Source: an uncultured Cytophagales bacterium (lineage in GTDB: Bacteria > Bacteroidota > Bacteroidia > Cytophagales > UBA9547). Taken from it: a stretch of DNA of 64,000 nucleotides. The notes beneath the pieces were generated by a model. It did no database searches. It was not told where the DNA came from and worked only from the letters and a program-made list of their open reading frames with translations. This document shows, in pieces, positions 60,174 through 64,000 of the stretch. The stretch spans positions 114,229 to 178,228 of the forward strand of contig CAMFLX010000001.1 in assembly GCA_945957555.1 (NCBI GenBank), given 5' to 3'. The number at the start of each line of letters is the position of its first letter. Positions within the stretch are counted from its first letter, which is position 1. The translations under genes and the position numbers were made by a program.

Positions 60174-60560
60174 TTAGTTGTAAAATTTCAAAAACCCATA
60201 CCATCTGGGTCTGCTGGCATAATTAGAAATATTTTCTCCATAATATGCCTCTTTTTCGAAACTGATATTCCTATAGGCTTCATAGTGTTTCATTCCTTTA
60301 AATCTACTGATAAAATACTCCAGTATATACCAAAGGAAAAATGGGATTATGAATAATTCCAAAATCTGTCTGTGATGGATACACTCATGTTTGTAGAGTT
60401 TAGAGTTGTACATTTGTTTTGCCTTCCAGATTAATATGAATGGGGGTACAAGAGCCATTGCAGAGTACATACTTTTAGGTCTTTCGTGATATAAGACCAA
60501 CATATACTTATACCTGTACAAGCCATACTTTCTGAACTTTAAGATTTTTTGTAATGTCAT
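60174..60560 (-). CDS. conserved small HEXXH-containing hypothetical protein
   Basis: HECIHHRQ..EL..IPF..WY..EY...AYRNISFEKEAY; start uncertain. Confidence 0.7.
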   Translation of the reverse strand: MTLQKILKFRKYGLYRYKYMLVLYHERPKSMYSAMALVPPFILIWKAKQMYNSKLYKHECIHHRQILELFIIPFFLWYILEYFISRFKGMKHYEAYRNISFEKEAYYGENISNYASRPRWYGFLKFYN

Positions 60561-60696
60561 AGCCTAATTAATCTGCTATTTTAATGATTCTTGAACATTT
60601 TTTAGCAACTCCTAATTCAAAACTTATAATTCAACATTTTTTCAAAAGATATTTTCCTAAATTTGTGCGCTTATCTACGAGTATAATAATCATCAA

Positions 60697-62217
60697 ATGA
60701 ACAAAAAGATTCAATCTGCATTGATCTCTGTCTATTACAAAGACAATCTTGACAAAATCGTAAAAATTTTACACCAACATAATGTGAGTATCTACTCTAC
60801 GGGAGGGACGCAAAAATTCATAGAGGATTTAGGAATCCCAGTAACAGCTGTTGACGCCGTGACTGGCTTTCCGGAAATATTGGGAGGAAGGGTGAAAACT
60901 TTGCAACCCCAAATTTTTGGTGGTATTCTTTTCAGAAGAGACAACGTGAAGGATAACGAGCAAGTTGCGCTGCACCAGATACCTGCTATCGATCTTGTTA
61001 TTGTAGATTTATATCCTTTTGAGCAAACAGTGGCTTCAGACGCCTCAGAGCAAGATATCATCGAAAAAATAGATATTGGTGGGATTTCCTTGATTAGGGC
61101 TGCTGCCAAAAATTTCAACGATGTAGTAATTGTTCCTTCAAGAGATCACTATGAGGAGCTTACCGCGATCTTGGAGGAAAAAGGTTGTGCAACAGATCTT
61201 GTGGATAGGAAGAGATTTGCGTCTTATGCCTTCAATGTGTCTTCGCACTATGATACTGCTATCTTTAATTGGTTCAATAAGGAGCAAGACCTTAATATAT
61301 TCAAACAAAGTATAACTTCAGGTCAAACCTTAAGATATGGTGAGAACCCACATCAAAAAGGAATATTCTTCGGGAAATTAGAAGACCTATTTGAAAAGAT
61401 AAACGGTAAAGAGCTTTCTTATAACAACTTGCTCGATGTTGATGCTGCGGTGGCGCTTATTGACGAGTTTACGGATCTTACCTTTGCGATTTTAAAACAC
61501 AATAATGCTTGTGGGATAGCTTCTGCGGCTACCCCCAAAGAAGCTTACTTGTTGGCACTTTCTACAGATCCAGTATCTGCATTTGGTGGTGTGATTATCA
61601 CTAACAAAAAAGTAGACAAAGCTGTAGCGGAAGAGTTACATAAACTGTTTTTTGAAGTATTGATCTCTCCAGAATACGACCAGGATGCGCTTGATCTGTT
61701 GATGGAAAAGAAAAACAGGATCATTCTGCAAAGAAAACCTCTGAAATTTAGCGATTTGCAATTCAGAACATTGTTGAATGGTGTGATTGCTCAGGATAAA
61801 GATGCTAAAATGGAAGTAGAGGCAGACCTCAAGGTGGTAACAAAAAAAGCGCCATCAGCTTCTGAAATCAAAGCGATGCTATTTGCAAATAAAATCGTAA
61901 AGCATACCAAGTCTAACACGATTGTTTTCTCGAATGAGAATATGATGATTTCTAGTGGTGTTGGACAAACTTCCAGAGTTGACGCTTTGAGACAAGCAAT
62001 TGAAAAGGCACAAAGTTTTGGATTTGACTTAAAAGGAGCCGTTATGGCTTCTGATGCCTTCTTTCCATTTCCAGATTGTGTAGAAATCGCGAATAAGGTT
62101 GGAATTACAGCTGTGATTCAGCCAGGAGGATCCATAAAAGATAGTGAAAGTATTGCGTATTGTGATGCACATGGTATGGCCATGGTAACCACTGGTGTTC
62201 GACATTTCAAACATTGA
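60697..62217 (+). CDS. purH: bifunctional AICAR formyltransferase/IMP cyclohydrolase
   Basis: ALISV, STGGT, GGRVKTL, IDIGG, LRYGENPHQ, KHNNACG, SDAFFPF, QPGGS, RHFKH. Confidence 0.97.
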   Translation: MNKKIQSALISVYYKDNLDKIVKILHQHNVSIYSTGGTQKFIEDLGIPVTAVDAVTGFPEILGGRVKTLQPQIFGGILFRRDNVKDNEQVALHQIPAIDLVIVDLYPFEQTVASDASEQDIIEKIDIGGISLIRAAAKNFNDVVIVPSRDHYEELTAILEEKGCATDLVDRKRFASYAFNVSSHYDTAIFNWFNKEQDLNIFKQSITSGQTLRYGENPHQKGIFFGKLEDLFEKINGKELSYNNLLDVDAAVALIDEFTDLTFAILKHNNACGIASAATPKEAYLLALSTDPVSAFGGVIITNKKVDKAVAEELHKLFFEVLISPEYDQDALDLLMEKKNRIILQRKPLKFSDLQFRTLLNGVIAQDKDAKMEVEADLKVVTKKAPSASEIKAMLFANKIVKHTKSNTIVFSNENMMISSGVGQTSRVDALRQAIEKAQSFGFDLKGAVMASDAFFPFPDCVEIANKVGITAVIQPGGSIKDSESIAYCDAHGMAMVTTGVRHFKH

Positions 62218-62239
62218 TTTTTTACACAATGCTATAAGA

Positions 62240-62278
62240 CAAATGCTCTTTCCATAAAAAGGAAGAGCATTTGTTTTT
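62240..62278 (+). terminator. terminator after purH
   Basis: CAAATGCTCTT...AAGAGCATTTG followed by a T-run. Confidence 0.7.
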
Positions 62279-62446
62279 AATAATTGGGTGCGTAATTCCT
62301 AAAGATAATTTTTGAGTTTCTGGTTTTAAATAAGAACTTTGGATGATTCTAACACAATTTTGTAAAATTGAGCGCTTTGGCATAGTTTTTAGGTATAAAC
62401 ACGTATATATCTAGGTTATTTGTAGATTATCCACTTTTTTTGTTTC

Positions 62447-64000
62447 ATGTACAGGTTTGTGAAAAATGTTTTTTACGTTGCTATCTTCCTTTTGACGCTA
62501 CAGTCAAAGGCTGAAGATACCGTCCGGAGGCCTAAAAACAAATTGGCTGACAAATGGGTAGACAGTGTCTATAATACTATGTCTCAACATGAACGTATAG
62601 GACAGCTATTTATGATCGCTGCTTATTCTAACAAAGACTCCGCACATATTAGGGAAATAGATAGCCTTATTGTAAAGTACAAAATTGGCGGGCTTATATT
62701 TATGCAGGGGGGGCCTATGCGCCAAGCTCGATTAACCAACAGATATCAAACAGAATCAAAAATTCCCTTGATGATTGCCATCGACGGAGAGTGGGGACTG
62801 AGTATGAGACTTGATAGCACCGTAGTCTTTCCGAAACAAATGACCATGGGTGCGCTTGTCAATAACAAACTGATTTATGATTTTGGCAAAGAGGTAGGCT
62901 ATCAGTGCAAGCGGATGGGAATTCACGTAAATTTTGCTCCAGTAGTTGATGTGAACAATAATCGTTTGAATCCAGTAATCGGCTATCGATCTTTTGGGGA
63001 GGATGTGGAAAAAGTGACTCAAAAAGGCACAGAATATATGAGAGGCATGCAAAGCCAAGGAGTTTTGGCTTGTGCTAAACATTTTCCAGGCCACGGCGAC
63101 ACCGATTCGGACTCACACCTAAGTTTGCCAACGATCAAACATAAAAAAAGCAGATTAGATGATATAGAACTATATCCATTTAAGAAAATGATTGATGATA
63201 CCCTAGCGAGTATCATGGTTGCGCACCTATATGTACCAGCCCTGGATGATGAGGAAAACAAAGCGACTACCCTGTCTGAAAAAGTTGTCCGCAAACTGCT
63301 CAAAAACAAATTGGGTTTTAGAGGACTCATTTTTACTGACGCCCTGAACATGAAAGGTGTGAGCAGCTATTATGCACCTGGTCAGGTAGATAAACTTGCT
63401 TTTATGGCTGGGAACGATGTGTTGTTGTTCTCTCAAGATGTTCCAAGAGCGCTTAAAACACTCGATTCGGCCATTAATGCCAAGGAAATTGATGAAGAAC
63501 GGCTGGAAGAGAGTGTTAAAAAAATTCTCTTTTATAAATATAAGGTAGGTTTACATAAGCAGAAGTTTGTGGACACTACCAATCTCATAAAGGATTTGAA
63601 TAATCCTAGAGCCAAGGCAATTAGGGAGCTTATTTATAGAAAAGCAATTACTTTGGTTAAAAATAACGAAGCACTGGTTCCAATCAAAGAGGTGAATAAC
63701 CTTAAAATGGCTTGTGTTTTGATTGATAATGAAGACGATGGGGTTGTTGCAAACTCGTTTAAGAGGTATGCGGCAATTGATTATTATTTTATAGATAAAA
63801 AAACAGAACTGGCCCAATATCAAAAGCTTTGGGATAAAATCTCTAAATATCCATTGGTCACCGTCGTCGTTGGTGGTCTAACAAACCAAGCTGCTAAAAA
63901 CTTTAAATTGAGTAATGACTGTATTACGTTTGTAAAAAACCTACAGCTTAATACAAAGGTGATCACAGTAGTTTTGGGCAATGCCTACGCCCTATCAAAC
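62447..64000 (+). CDS. GH3 beta-N-acetylglucosaminidase (NagZ-type), truncated by the window end; absent from the ORF track
   Basis: manual translation MYRFVKNVFYVAIFLLTLQSKA..KWVDSVY..ERIGQLFM..IDGEWG..NFAPVVD..RSFGE..KHFPGHGDTDSDSH..FTDALNM. Confidence 0.9.
   Translation, partial: MYRFVKNVFYVAIFLLTLQSKAEDTVRRPKNKLADKWVDSVYNTMSQHERIGQLFMIAAYSNKDSAHIREIDSLIVKYKIGGLIFMQGGPMRQARLTNRYQTESKIPLMIAIDGEWGLSMRLDSTVVFPKQMTMGALVNNKLIYDFGKEVGYQCKRMGIHVNFAPVVDVNNNRLNPVIGYRSFGEDVEKVTQKGTEYMRGMQSQGVLACAKHFPGHGDTDSDSHLSLPTIKHKKSRLDDIELYPFKKMIDDTLASIMVAHLYVPALDDEENKATTLSEKVVRKLLKNKLGFRGLIFTDALNMKGVSSYYAPGQVDKLAFMAGNDVLLFSQDVPRALKTLDSAINAKEIDEERLEESVKKILFYKYKVGLHKQKFVDTTNLIKDLNNPRAKAIRELIYRKAITLVKNNEALVPIKEVNNLKMACVLIDNEDDGVVANSFKRYAAIDYYFIDKKTELAQYQKLWDKISKYPLVTVVVGGLTNQAAKNFKLSNDCITFVKNLQLNTKVITVVLGNAYALSN

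Overview
An AT-rich chromosomal segment from a Bacteroidota organism, probably Cytophagales-like. The evidence is TAnnTTTG -7 promoter boxes, the T9SS porU-porV pair and typical gene orders such as ftsX-DUF3098-uppP-truB-ribF. Most genes are housekeeping: glmM, panD, hisF/hisIE, pssA, porU/porV, corA, fabG, recG, trpA, dapF, ribF, truB, uppP, ftsX, comEC, mazG, trmB, gltA, purH and a GH3 NagZ-type gene that runs off the right end. RNA genes are RNase P RNA, tRNA-Asn, tRNA-Ser and tRNA-Pro. An accessory block at about 18-35.5 kb holds an HTTM/SdpAB-like gene pair, an orphan LytTR regulator, three hydrolases, a long palindrome, an SGNH-SGNH-MBOAT O-acetylation cluster, an uncharacterised lipoprotein plus helical-protein pair and a 129-bp MITE-like element. 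The most unusual structure is at 56.2-56.9 kb: a tandem of [tRNA-Pro, terminator, small GC-rich GIY-YIG gene] followed by [tRNA-Pro mimic with a replaced but still paired anticodon stem, decayed second GIY-YIG]. This looks like a tRNA-anchored, self-duplicating nuclease element. No CRISPR array, rRNA, integrase or intact transposase was seen. All calls come from motif recognition by eye; no searches were run.
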